Shown here in pieces: positions 10,841-22,385 of a stretch of 36,559 nucleotides of DNA (position 1 is its first letter; each line of letters begins with the position of its first letter). The notes below the pieces were generated by a model that was given only the letters and a program-made list of their open reading frames with translations, had not been told where the DNA came from and did not search any database. The DNA comes from Octopus bimaculoides (lineage: Eukaryota): NCBI RefSeq assembly GCF_001194135.2, contig NC_068981.1, positions 3,347,074 to 3,383,632 of the forward strand. Reading direction: 5' to 3'. Made by a program: the position numbers and the translations under genes.

Positions 10841-11289
10841 CTTGAAGATGTCATTTTGTCAACAACAAGAATAAACACGGGCCACATTATTTATTGTGTG
10901 CTGCTATGTAAATAATTACATATAAAATTAAGTGTAAAGTTTAAAGTAAATACTAGGCTTATAAAAGAATTAAATAAACAGCCATGTCCTTGTAAGTAGT
11001 TTATTCTCTTAACAAATTCTCTACAGTTCCATGAAAGCTTTTCAAATGAAATCTATCCGAAAGTGTTACAGGAAACTCTTCTATTCGTGTTAGAGGCACG
11101 TAATGTTATAATACAGTGACATAACGTAGTACATACATGTATGTAATGCCACAGACTTGTTACAATGCTTCTACATGGTTGCAGAACATGCTAGATATAG
11201 CAGCCAAATATCTTTTAACCCTTTAGTATTTAAACCAGTCATATCCAGTGTAAATATTCTATCTTGTTTTATATTCAAACCAGCCAGAT

Positions 11290-11482
11290 ACTGGTGTCAC
11301 GCAACTGGCACTTGTGCCAGTGACACATAAAAGCACCCATTACACTCTTGGAGTGGTTGCCATTAGGAAGGGCATCTAGCCACAGAAACCATGCCAAATC
11401 AGACTGGAGTCTGGTGCAGCTCCTCAGCTTACCATTCAATCCATGCCAGCATGGACAACGGATGCTAAATGATGATGATGAC
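11290..11482 (+). mobile_element. RTE 3'UTR copy
   Basis: GGAGTGGTTGCCATTAGGAAGGGCATC...(GAT)n. Confidence 0.8.
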
Positions 11483-11484
11483 GT

Positions 11485-11620
11485 TTACATTGTGAGTTCA
11501 AATGCTGCTGAGGTCAACTTTGCCTTTCATCCTTTCAGGGTTGATAAAATAAGTACCGGTTGAGCACTGGGGTCGATGTAATTGATTAGACCCCCTGCCT
11601 ATAGCAGAAAGAATTATAAA
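11485..11620 (+). mobile_element. SINE family B, 5'-truncated
   Basis: GAGTTCAAAT...GCCTTTCATCCTTTCAGGGTTGATAAAATAAGTACCGG. Confidence 0.8.
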
Positions 11621-11894
11621 AGGAAGGGCACATTTGATAATGCAATCCGAGCAAAATATATTGTATGAATAAACAAGGGGGTGGTCATGATTGGAACGCC
11701 TTTGATCATTGGTTAGTTTAACTACAGGTTAAACAAGACAACAGCAAGAATCCGGAAAGTTTTGAGGAAGGTCAAACAAGAGTTGCCAGTTTGTGTTACC
11801 AATGTTTATGGTGACCTTTGGGACTTCTGTAACCTTTAGGTCATTGCTACATAGCTTTCTCTATTACTCCCCTTCTATGATACACTCACACACA

Positions 11895-12190
11895 TTTAGA
11901 TAAATAGATAGATAGAGATATAGAGAGAGCTAGATATCTAGACAGAAAGACACATAAATAGACAGAAAGCTAGAATAGATTGATAGAGACAGCTAGCTAG
12001 CTGGATTGACAGATGGACAAATGGAAAGGTAGGCAGAAAGACAGATAAATGGATAGATAGATAGATCGATAGACAGAAAGACAGATCGATAGCTAGCTAG
12101 ATAGATAGATAGATAGACAGATAGATAGCTAGCTAGATAGATAGATAGATAGACAGATAGATAGATAGATACAAAGAAAGAAAGACTGAC

Positions 12191-12225
<35 letters not shown>

Positions 12226-12400
12226 CAGAAAGACAGATCGATCGATAGATAGATAGATAGATGGGCAGAAAGAAAGATAGGCAGTAAGAAAAAAAGATGG
12301 ATAGATAGATAGATAGACAGGCAGAAAGAAAGAAAGATAGATAGACAGATAGAAAGACAGGCAGAAAGATAGGTAGACAGAAAGAAAGCCAGAAAGCTAA
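11895..12400. repeat. Degenerate (GATA)n/(GACA)n microsatellite
   Basis: About 500 bp of AGAT-derived tetranucleotides. Confidence 0.95.
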
Positions 12401-12652
12401 TCTGTGACCAGTTGCTATAGAAGTTCTCCATTCACTCTTCCCTCAACTACACCCAAGTTGTAAAAATGCCAACAGCTACAATTTCCTGACCTTCCAAATG
12501 AATATTTAGCTGAAATCCACCAGAACAAACACTAATTTTAATCTAATTGTTATGGAACTTATAAAGGATGGAAGTGTGGAGGAATGGCTTGAAAGAAAGA
12601 AAGAAAGAAAACAAAAGAAATCATTGATTTTTTTTTTTGTTTTGTTCCATAG

Positions 12653-12746
12653 GGCGAAGAAGACCCGACATCTTGAAATATTGGTGATTCCAAGAGATGA
12701 GTTGTTGTTGAAACAGTCAATTAGTCCTCTGGGAGAGAAGCTGATG
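12653..12746 (+). other. Candidate exon, product unknown
   Basis: Acceptor TTTTTTTTGTTTTGTTCCATAG and donor ATG|GTAATC in non-repeat sequence; one open frame AKKTRHLEILVIPRDELLLKQSISPLGEKLM. Confidence 0.35.
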
Positions 12747-13062
12747 GTAATCTGTTAGTCTTCAGGTTGTGGAAGGAAAATAAAGATTCTGGAGAGATGG
12801 AGATAGGGGGGATAGGTGTATAGAGATGGGAGGGGTGCTTAGAGAACGCGCCGGGGGGGGGGTATCGGAGGAGGTGGGGGAGCCAGTAGGTGAGATTACG
12901 AGGGAAGGGGAGTGAAGTGGTTTTACAGTGGAACAAGAGATAGGAAGAGAGAGAGGGAGAGAAAAGCAAGCCCTTTAGACACAGAGATAGATAGGAAGTG
13001 GGAGGAGTAATTTAAAACAATGCTACAGGCAGAGATAGACCACCACCAAAGCCACCACCATC

Positions 13063-13645
13063 CAGTGGTTTTCAATCTGGAGTGAGGGGGGGTCCACAAA
13101 AGATTTATGGGAGCACATGCAAGTAGTAAATTGGGTATCCACGGTAGTATTTTAACCCTTTAGCATTTAAACTGGCCACATTTGGGGTCCAAATGTTTTC
13201 CCTGCTTTATGTTCAAAGTGACCATATCTGGCCTCTCATACCTACCATACAATGTCATTCTAAAAATAAACAATCTCACCATTGAAATCCTAAAGCTGAG
13301 GAATAATGCATGGTTAATTCAAAGCAAAGTGAATGCAAAAATAAGCACTACATCTGACAGAATAATCTGAATGCTAAAGGGTTTAGGGTCCACAAAAGCA
13401 GTTTACTTTTGGTATATTTTATTGCAAGAAACAGCTAGGTTTCTTTCTCTGATGTTTTACTAAGTTTAATATGCTTCCAGCCATTGAAACATGTTCTCTC
13501 AGAGAGTCCTATGGCAAACCTACACAAGTCAATGAGTGTGACAAACGAAATAGGAATTTTGAAAAAAGTGTTTATAAAACTGGTTTTTAAACATGGAATG
13601 GTTAAGGGGGTCCACCAGATTAAAATAGTAATCAATAGAGTCTGT
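13063..13645. mobile_element. Degenerate hAT-like non-autonomous element, interrupted by a TTAA MITE
   Basis: Starts CAGTGGTTTTCAA; GGGGTCCAC motifs recur at both sides of the MITE and near 13610. Right TIR is eroded. Confidence 0.5.
13156..13381. mobile_element. piggyBac-type (TTAA) MITE, family 1
   Basis: Perfect 12-bp TIR CCCTTTAGCATT / AATGCTAAAGGG; TTAA on the left, TTTA on the right. Confidence 0.85.
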
Positions 13646-13908
13646 CATCGTTCATTGTTTAATGTCCGTTTTCCATGCTGGCATGGGTTGGACGGTTTGA
13701 CTGAGGGCTGGCAAACCAGAAGGCTGCACCAGGCTCCAATCTGAGTTGGTAAATTTCTACAGCTGGATGCCCTTCCTAATGCCAACCACTCCGAGAGTGT
13801 AGTGGGTGCTTTTTACGTACCACTGGTACGAGGGCCAGTCAGGTGGTACTGGCATCGACCATGCTTGAATGGTGCTTTTTATGTGTCAACGGCACGGGAG
13901 CCAATCCG
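13644..13908 (-). mobile_element. RTE 3'UTR copy
   Basis: TTTAATGTCCGTTTTCCATGCTGGCATGGGTTGGACGG... Confidence 0.85.
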
Positions 13909-14134
13909 TATATAAAAAAAGTGGTTGAGAATGACTGGGTCAGAGAGAATTCATTAGGGCAGATATTCTACAGCTGGATGCCTTTCCTGTTGCTAACCAG
14001 CACCTAGGTGATACTGCTCCATGACTGGACATGTTTTTTCATAGAAAATTGGAAACATGGCTTTTGTGATGTTGATGCACGTTTATAGCCATCATACAGT
14101 GTCAAGACAAGGAGACAAACGTGCACGTACACAC

Positions 14135-14250
14135 AACAAGCTTCTTTCAGTCTAAAGGTTGTAAAAAGCATTTGTCCAAGGTACTATGTAGTGGGACTGA
14201 ACTCAAAACCACATGGTTGGGAAGCAAACATTTTAACCTCACAGCCATGC
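14135..14250 (-). mobile_element. SINE family A, 5' part
   Basis: GGGACTGAACTC...CACAGCCATGC. Confidence 0.8.
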
Positions 14251-14647
14251 CTGAACAAACACAGATGAATCAACGTACATACATCATCATCATCATCGTT
14301 TAACGTCCGCTTTCCATGCTAGCATGGGTTGGACGATACATACAAACATACTATATATACATTTGTCTTTTCTTTTACTAGCTTTGTGTTTCAGTCGTTG
14401 GACAGTGCCCATGCTGGGGTACCACCTTGAAGAATTTAGTCAATTAAATTGACCCCAGTACTTATTTTCTAAGTTTGGCACTTACTCTCTCAGTCCCCTT
14501 TTGTAAATGGGGGATGTAAACAAACAAGCAGCAATTGTCAAGTGATAACGGTGGTGATGGTGGGGGACACATGCAAACACATACAGAGGTATATATTATC
14601 ATCAGCATCACCATCTAATGTCTCTTTTCCATGCTGGCATATATATA

Positions 14648-14807
14648 GGCGCAGGAGTGGCTGTGGGGTAAGAAGCTTGCTTCTCAATCACATCGTTCCG
14701 GGTTCAGTCCCACTGCATGGCTCCTTGGGCAAGTGTCTTCTATTATAGTCTCAGGCCGACCAAAGCCTTGTGAGTGGATTTGATAGATGGAAACTGAAAG
14801 AAGCCCG

Positions 14808-14863
<56 letters not shown>

Positions 14864-15066
14864 TTGTCCCCTCCCCCACCATCGCTTGACAGCTGATGTT
14901 GGTGTGTTTATGTCCCCACAACTTAGCAGTTCAGTAAAAACGATCGATAAAATAAGTACTAGGCTTACAAAGAATATGTCCTGGGGTTGTGTTTGACTAA
15001 AAAGATGGTGCTCCAGCATGGCCGCAGTCAAATGACTGAAACAAATGAAAGAATAGAACAGAATAA
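14648..15066 (+). mobile_element. SINE family A, near full length with internal (TA)n(TG)n
   Basis: tRNA head, TTGGGCAAGTGTCTTC, microsatellite 14809-14862, CGATAAAATAAGTAC, tail CCAGCATGGCCGCAGTCAAATGACTGAAAC. Confidence 0.9.
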
Positions 15067-15074
15067 GAGGCTTC

Positions 15075-15220
15075 CACAGTTTTGATCTGTCAGGTTCACT
15101 GGCAAGACATTGGTCAGCCCTGGGCTATAGCAGAAGACACTTGTCCAAGGTGCCGTTTAGAGGGGTTGAACCTGAAAGCACATGGTTGGGAAGCAAGCCT
15201 CTTAACCACACAGCCAGGCT
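15075..15220 (-). mobile_element. SINE family A, 5' part
   Basis: Reverse-complement head; convergent with 14648-15066. Confidence 0.75.
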
Positions 15221-15256
<36 letters not shown>

Positions 15257-16504
15257 GGAAGAAAGTACACTCAAGCACACATCATCATCATCATTTATTG
15301 TTCTCTTTCCATGCTGGCATGGGTTGGAGGGTTTGACAGGAAGTGGCAAGTCAGAAGACCACTCAAAGTGATTTGGAACCGAAACAATGTTACAATTATA
15401 TATATAAAAATATATATATTTATATATACACACTCACACACACACACACATAGAGAGAGGGGGAAAGGGAGTGAGGGGGTGAGTGAAACAATGCTACAAA
15501 GAGAAAAGCTAGAAGTGAGGACATTTGACCAAAGGGCAGTTTGCCAAGAACCAGAACATTTCCTTCATCTTGTTGCCAGGAAATTTGCCAATAAATGACC
15601 AGCGTTACTTCATCCTTGCTACACCACTGACCTTACATGGCTTCAGCCACATAGCGTTAGGGTAATCAGGTACAGTGGTCACTCAATCTGGTTGTCGTCA
15701 GTGGTGGTGGTGATGGTGTTGCTAACTAATTACTGGTTGATAACTAGCCTTTGGCCAGTGGAAACGACAGGGCAGTTAAGTTTGACAATCATATGTAGCA
15801 CACTCACTTACAGACATATGCTAACACATACACTCACAAAGAGAGAGAGTGAGAGACATACATACATTCACACACACATGCCAGCTTTCACACGTATACA
15901 GGGATAGACATAGGCTACACACACGCACACAAACATGTACACAGAGATAGACACACGTTACCTAGCGCATAAGGATGCATATACAAATACAGGAACATGC
16001 ATACACACAGACACACAAAGCTATATATACAAACACAGGAAAATGCATAAATACATACACACAGCCACATAAAAATACACACACACACACACCAACCAAG
16101 TCCAGAAACTAATTTAGTTTTAAGTGATTTTAAAATTGGGTAATGATTTCATTTGATGCTTGTTTTTATTGACTGTTTATTTTTGTCATTAATTGTCAAG
16201 TTAATTGCAGAATTAATGCATTGGAATTGCTATTTGTCAAATAACAAGAGCCCAGGACTATGGTTCTCTGGTTTCAAATCTCACTACAACCAACAAACTT
16301 TTCATTCCTTCAGGGCCTCACAATGTTTTTTTCCCTTTAACCATTTTGATAACAACCTGTTGCTTGTTTTTGAATTTACTTCAATAAAAACTTCACCTGT
16401 TTCCAAGCTTAGTAATTGTTCCTTTGATTGGACAGGTTTTTCCTGGAAGATTAGAAATGAATGATGCTTGTTGGGCAGCCATCATGCTCTTATCTTTATT
16501 TGCA

Positions 16505-16855
16505 CCATGGCCATGCTGGGGCACTGGCATTGAAGAACCTAAATCAAATGAATCAATCTCAGTAATTTTGTTTTTGTAAAACCTAATATTTATTCTATCA
16601 GTTTCTTTTGTCAAACTGCTAAGTTACAGGGATGTAAACACATCAGCACCCAGTGTCAAGTGGTGATGGGAGGGCAGACAAAGACACTCACTCTTATATA
16701 TGAAGGGCTTCTTTCAGTTTCTGCCTACCAAATCCACTCACAATACTTTAGCCCGAGGCTATAGTAGAATACACTTACCCAAAATCCCATGCAGTGGGAC
16801 TGAACCCAGAACCATGTGGTTGGGAAGGAAACTTCTTAACCACACAGCCATGCCT
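16505..16855 (-). mobile_element. SINE family A, near full length
   Basis: From CCATGCTGGGGCAC (tail) to CACAGCCATGCC (head). Confidence 0.8.
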
Positions 16856-17151
16856 ACACTGATGAAATGTCATCTAAAGGATAGCAACTTCATTGACAGG
16901 ACTCGACAGATTTAAATATTCACGTTCTTGCAATCTGGAAATTGAAACCAATTCTAAGGATTTGAAGGTAACAGACCTGTCTTGTGGTTGGTGACGAGAA
17001 GAGAAAAGAGAGAGGTTCTTCAAAAACGATATCCATTTCTTCTTTGAGTTGTAGAAACTCTGTCTCAATTAACCTCAGCCGATTCACGCAAGCATGGAAG
17101 CATGGGAAAATGGACATTGGATGTTAAATGATGAAAACAGCAATACTTTAA

Positions 17152-17371
17152 ACCTTCTAGCAATGAAATTACTCTGTCAAATGTAATGCTTATTTATTCA
17201 CATTGTTTTGAATTAATCATGCATTATCTTGAAGCTTTAAGACTTCCATGTGATTGTTTTATTTTCAGAATGACATTGCAGGGTATGTGTAAGAAGTTGG
17301 ACATGGCCAATTTGAACACAAAACAAGGTGGAATATTTTGACCGAATGTGGCTGGTTTAAGTGCTAAAAGG
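17152..17371. mobile_element. TTAA MITE family 1, reverse orientation
   Basis: TTAA at 17148-17151 and 17372-17375; interior is the reverse complement of 13156-13381. Confidence 0.8.
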
Positions 17372-17454
17372 TTAAAGGAGGCACACATTGCAAAGTGTAA
17401 TCCTAGATATGCAATGTACAAAAGGATGGGATGATCATAGCTAGAATGTAGATG

Positions 17455-17765
17455 CAAATGTGAATGAAAATGTGTGTGTGAATGAAAATATAGGTGTGTG
17501 TGTGTGTGTGTGAAAATGTAGATGTGAGTATATGAAAATGCGTGTGTGAATGAAAATATAAGTGTGTGTGTGTGTGGGTGTGTGAAAATGTAGATGTGAG
17601 TATATGAAAATGTGTGTGTGTGTGAATGAAAATATAGATGTGTGTGTGTGTGTGTGTGTGTGAAATGTAGATGTGAGTATATGAAAATGTGTGTGTGCAT
17701 GAAAATGTAGATGTGTATGTGTGTGTATGAAAATTTAGGTGTGTTTGTGTGTATGAAAATGTTAA
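17455..17765. repeat. Higher-order minisatellite
   Basis: ~70-bp unit GAATGAAAATATA(G)-(TG)n-TGAAAATGTAGATGTGAGTATATGAAAATG-(TG)n, 3-4 copies. Confidence 0.85.
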
Positions 17766-17818
17766 TGCTCATGCATGTTTTTGTGTTTGAAAAGCTAGGC
17801 TCAGTGAGTGTGTGTGTG

Positions 17819-17849
<31 letters not shown>

Positions 17850-17867
17850 AAGAAAAGAAGAATGCAC

Positions 17868-18235
17868 ATGGATCACTCATTTAAAATTTGATAAAATTTG
17901 TCACCTTAATGGAAATTGATTGGAGGAATATTGAGCCATGCCAGTCAGTGTTTGGCGAATGTGGAATAAAGAATGGCTTGATTGGAAATGGAATGGTGAT
18001 GCTGATGAAGACTGACAGTTCAATGTTAACTCTGGAGATTGAAGTTGCAGGACAATTTGGAAGATTAAGGAGTTTTAAGGCTAACATTCTTCTCAAAGGA
18101 AATATCAAACTGTGTTATTGCAACACAAAACCATTATCATTTGCTCATGAAACCATTAGTTATAGCAAAGATGAAAAAAACTAATTAATGAAAGACTTTT
18201 AGAAGAAGTTCCTTTCAGACGAAGTAAATGGAATT
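17868..18235 (+). mobile_element. Gypsy LTR-retrotransposon pol relic (protease-RT linker)
   Basis: FGRLRSFKANILLKGNIKLCYCNTKPLSFA, then after a frameshift LINERLLEEVPFRRSKW. This resembles the GxLKGFKAKIxL...ARPVPFA...GIIEPV..SEWA linker of K02A2.6-like Gypsy pol (recalled, not searched). Confidence 0.6.
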
Positions 18236-18611
18236 CTGAAAGGCAGAGGTATGAAACACTGATTAGATGCCTTAGAATACGCCCAAGCTTGGCAACCAAG
18301 AAAAATAGCATTTTATACACAAGCAAATTAAAATCAGCTCTTTACTCTGAGATAGACAGATAGCTAAATAAGCAGTCAGGTAGACAAACAGATAAATAGA
18401 GAGATAATTAGATTAGGTAGATAGCTGCTGACACTTCATTACCTTTATCCCTTCTCCCTTTTCAGCTGAAATAGCCATGAATCCACTCTACAACATGACC
18501 CATGTTCCTGTCCCTCTATCACACTTTTAATCTTTCAACATCTGGTACTAAGCCACTTGCTTCAATACTGCACCCCCATTCAACAAAGGGGTTTAGTCTT
18601 GTCTTGTGAGT

Positions 18612-18828
18612 TAGTTGGTGACCTCACTAGTGCAAGTGCCATGGAAAAATGCACCCAGTCCACTCTGTAAAGTGATTGGCATTAGGAAGGGCATCCAAAT
18701 ATAGAAGCCATGCCAAATTGGACACTTAGAGCTCAACACAATCCTCTCATTTGTCAGATCCTGTTGAACCAGCCAACCCATGTCAACATGGAAGATAGAC
18801 ATTAAATGATGGTGAAGATGATGATAAT
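18612..18828 (+). mobile_element. RTE 3'UTR copy
   Basis: GGCATTAGGAAGGGCATCC...ACCCATGTCAACATGG...GATGATG. Confidence 0.75.
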
Positions 18829-19189
18829 GAGAGACAGAGAGAAGCACCCGTTTGCTGCAAGCAAAAGGCACTTACTCCCTGGAGTTTCCCTATCCCCTTT
18901 ACTTATTCGGGCTCCTATGTTTTGCAACAAGCACTAAACCTCACAGCTCATCAAGGTGAAGGCTAAGTTATCAGCTGATTCTATGGATCTTTCTGAGAAA
19001 GTTCTTCTACTCCAGACCACCTACATTTACTGTGTATAAAGTCCTCCTCCTCCTCCTCTCTCAGCCAGCCTGTGATCTCACATTTCTTGTGCCCCAAGTA
19101 AGTGTGTAAAACCTGGTGTTTATTCATTCTGTTGGTCCCTTTGGCTGAATCATTAAGCTACTAGTTTTCATGGTGTGCATGTTTTCTTC

Positions 19190-19348
19190 CACTGGATAGA
19201 ATGCTGGTCCCTCGCAGGATTACACATTTTTGTCAGCTGAGTGAACTGGAAGAATGTGAAGTGAAATGCATTGTCTGGTCCAGGAACTGAAACCACAATC
19301 TTACGATCACAAGTCCAACACACTAACCACTAAGCCATGCACCTCCAC
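19190..19348 (-). mobile_element. tRNA-derived SINE, family E
   Basis: Head GTGGAGGTGCATGGCTTAGTGGTTAG on the minus strand; same head at 19808. Confidence 0.65.
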
Positions 19349-19451
19349 ATATATGCCTATGTATGAACACACAAATTATTGGATAGCATGTATATATGTG
19401 TATAGGTGTGTATCTGCACAAGTGTGTGTGCTTGCATCTATCTGCGTACAT

Positions 19452-19772
19452 CATTGTCATTTAACGTCCACTTTTCATGCTGGCATTGGGTTGGACGGTT
19501 TGAGTGAGGGCTGGCACGCCAAAAGGCTGCACCAGGCTCCAATCCAATCTGGCAGGGTTTCTACAGCTGGATGCCCTTCCTAACGCCAACCACTCCGAGA
19601 GTGTAGTGGGTGCTTTTTATGTGCCACCAGCATGAGGGCCAGTCAGGCAGTACTGGCATTGATCACACTTGAATGGTGCTTTTTATGTGCCACCAGCACA
19701 GGAGCCAATCAGGTGGCACTGGCAACAACCATGCTCAAATGATGCTTTTAATGTGCCACTGGCATGGGACCA
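19452..19772 (-). mobile_element. RTE 3'UTR copy with about 2.5 internal tandem units
   Basis: TTTTATGTGCCACCAGCA..GCCAGTCAGG..CTGGCA repeated 19615-19765. Confidence 0.85.
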
Positions 19773-19804
19773 GAGTATACTAATGTTGCATGCAAATGTA
19801 TGTG

Positions 19805-20060
19805 TGTGAAGGTGCATGGCTTAGTGGTTAGGATATACAGCTCACAGTTGTAAGTTCAATTCCCAATCGTGCATTGTGTCCTTGAGCAAGACACTTTATT
19901 TCATGTCGTTCCAGTCCAATCACCTGGCAAAAATGAGTTGTACCTGTATTTCAAAGGGCCAACCTTGTCACATTCTGTGTCATGCTGAGTCTCCCTAAGA
20001 ATTACATTAAGGATACATGTGTCTGTGGAGTGCTCAGCCACATGCATGTTAATTTCACTA
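19805..20060 (+). mobile_element. tRNA-derived SINE, family E
   Basis: GGTGCATGGCTTAGTGGTTAGG...GTTCAATTCCC...GTGTCCTTGAGCAAGACACTT. Confidence 0.75.
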
Positions 20061-20683
20061 GTAGACTGTTGTTCTGTTGATTGGATCAACAAGAACTGTT
20101 GTCGTCATAACCAATGGAATGCCAGTTTTTTTTTTCATGTGTATATTAATGGTGTACACAAATATGCATGTGTGTGTGTGTGTGTGTGCAAGTATGTTTG
20201 TATGTGTGTAAATATGTTGCATGCAAACATGTATGCGTGTGTGCACATACGTGTGTGTGTGTAAATGGTTGTGTACAGAAGAACAAATTAAAAATAGCAA
20301 ACTCTAAGTAAAAGTAACATAACTTGAAGAATTAGGTGAAATGGTTCAAAACAGAAAAATGAAAGAAGACCCCTCCCCACATCGAAAAAAAAACAACAAC
20401 AAATAGCAAAATTAAAGATAAAAAACTAAGAGAGAGAGGGGGGGGAGAGGTGAAGGGGGGGGGCTTGTGGTGCTTGATAATGATATATAAATATATCTGT
20501 GTTGTTAGTAATTCCTCTTAGCAATGTGAAGACTATGAGGAAAAGATGGAATGGTGTGGACTAGAAACTAACCAACTGTCAAAGTCAATTAGGGAACCGA
20601 CTTCATCCATTAATTCCTACTAGCAGCATACCATACCATACTGACAAACAAACATGTCAGCCATTTTCTAAACCAACACATAC

Positions 20684-20686
<3 letters not shown>

Positions 20687-20754
<68 letters not shown>
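20687..20754. repeat. (TG)n microsatellite
   Basis: About 34 perfect units. Confidence 0.95.
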
Positions 20755-20759
<5 letters not shown>

Positions 20760-20890
20760 ATAAAACCAAAACAAGCAAAAATTAGGCAGACAAGTCAGCA
20801 TAATTGAACTGTTTTTAGAGATTTCTACACAAAAACATGAATTTTGATTGAAGTGAACAATGCTTACAAGAGATCAAACTCCTTTGTTAA

Positions 20891-21112
20891 CCCTTTTTCT
20901 GAGTAAATATCTGATGAAATACACTACCTGTGTTTCAATTCATTTTGGAAATAATGAAGAATTTGGAAGTAAATTAATTTTTGCCAGTATGAAGCTCGTG
21001 GTTGGAACAGAAGCTGACACAAAATTTTGGTGGAAGGTTTTAATTGAGATCACTATAAAATGGTTCTGTTGTAGAACCAGGAGCAGTCTAAGGTGGGTTG
21101 TTATCAAAAGGG
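20891..21112. mobile_element. TTAA MITE, family 2
   Basis: TTAA-CCCTTTT ... AAAAGGG-GTAA; interior is the reverse complement of the 23398-24038 pieces. Confidence 0.7.
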
Positions 21113-21149
21113 GTAACCCCCTGTTAAATGTAAAAATTTATTCATATTT

Positions 21150-21361
21150 AGGGCAGCAAGCTGGCAGAATTGTTAGCATGCAGGACAAAATGCTTAGAAG
21201 CATTTCATCCATCTTTACATTCTGAGTTCAAATTCCGCTGAGGTTAACTTTGCCTCTCATCCTTTTGGATAATAAGTACCAGTTGAGCGCTAGGGGCCAA
21301 TGTAACTGACAAGCCCCCTTCCCCAAAAATTACTGGCCTTGTGCTAAAAAGTGAAACCAAT
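21150..21361 (+). mobile_element. SINE family B, full length with TSD
   Basis: 14-bp direct repeat ATTTATTCATATTT at 21136-21149 and 21362-21375. Confidence 0.9.
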
Positions 21362-21574
21362 ATTTATTCATATTTGAATTAATCATGCATTAGTCTGTAG
21401 CTTTTTTTTTCAGAATGGCATTATAGGGTGTGTGTGAGAGGCCAGATCTGATCAGTTTGGACATAAAACAAGCAGAGTATTTGGGTTGGATGCTAAAGGA
21501 TTAAAGAGATTGTAACCAAAATAAAGAAAAATAGGTCCAGGAGATATTTTTTATCTTTGGTGTTTCTTCAACAG

Positions 21575-21719
21575 GATCATGAAGAATATAAGAAATTCTG
21601 TGGAAGAGGAAACAACAACTTCTCAATGGAATTTTGATTCTTTGAAACAAAACTCTCCCATCTCAGGAGTTCCACACCCCAATCTCATAATGTTTGATGT
21701 TTTAAGAACATTAAAACAG
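21575..21719 (+). other. Candidate exon, product unknown
   Basis: Acceptor TTTTTTATCTTTGGTGTTTCTTCAACAG; frames DHEEYKKFCGRGNNNFSMEF* or IMKNIRNSVEEETTTSQWNFDSLKQNSPISGVPHPNLIMFDVLRTLKQ. Donor is weak. Confidence 0.3.
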
Positions 21720-21957
21720 GTGCAGGTGTAGCTGTGTGAACCCAGAGTTTGGTCTGTAACCATGTGGTCATGAGTTCTAATTCAACTGACAGAAACTGCA
21801 GGAATGCCACTCATGTATCTTCATCATTGTTTCAACATCCACTTTTCCATGTTTCGCATGGGTTCAATGGAATTCAGTGAGGCATATTTCTACACTGGGG
21901 TGCCCTTCCTCTTTCCAAACAACGTAATATTTTCATGTAGCTAAACATGCTTTAGCA

Positions 21958-22131
21958 CAGCGCTTCTTGGACTTTTTTTCATTCACAACCCCATTTTTCA
22001 TCACAGGATTTTTCGCGACCCCAGATATTAAATATGCGTTTGTGAAACAACATACAGACTGAAATTCAAGTGTCTGAATTTAATTTTTGTGACCCCAAAT
22101 GGGGTCATGACCCTTAGTTTAAGAAGAGCTG
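21958..22131. mobile_element. hAT (Buster/Charlie-type) MITE
   Basis: TIR CAGCGCTTCTT / AAGAAGAGCTG (10/11); perfect 8-bp TSD CTTTAGCA (21950-21957, 22132-22139) with central TA. Confidence 0.9.
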
Positions 22132-22219
22132 CTTTAGCAGATTGTTGGAAATGAATGACACTGCTTATATGAGTGACACTCATTTACAACTAACATACAA
22201 TGTTAAGAAAAGTACACAC

Positions 22220-22385
22220 ACATACACAACAGGCTTCTTTCAGTTTTCATCTACCAAATCTACTTGTAAGACTTTGGTCAGTCTGGAGCTATATTAGAAG
22301 ACACTTGCCCAAGATGCCATGCAATGGGACTGAACTGAAAAACCATGTGTTGGGAAGCAAACTTCCTAACCACGTAGCCATGTTG
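22220..22385 (-). mobile_element. SINE family A, 5' part
   Basis: GAAGACACTTGCCCAAG...GGGACTGAAC...CACGTAGCCATG. Confidence 0.8.

Noticed and set aside
11727-11840. Exon-like frame LNKTTARIRKVLRKVKQELPVCVTNVYG that could splice to 12653
   Set aside because: The acceptor lies in a repeat shared with 25660-25730 and the donor is weak.
16920-17117. Protein-like ORF IETEFLQLKEEMDIVFEEPL
   Set aside because: It starts inside an RTE tail, has no splice support and no recognised family.
17224-17880. 218-aa His/Thr-rich ORF
   Set aside because: Translation of the (CA)n-based minisatellite plus a MITE.
21950-21957. hAT TSD CTTTAGCA equals part of the TTAA-MITE TIR
   Set aside because: The flanks do not match the MITE; an 8-mer coincidence in AT-rich DNA.
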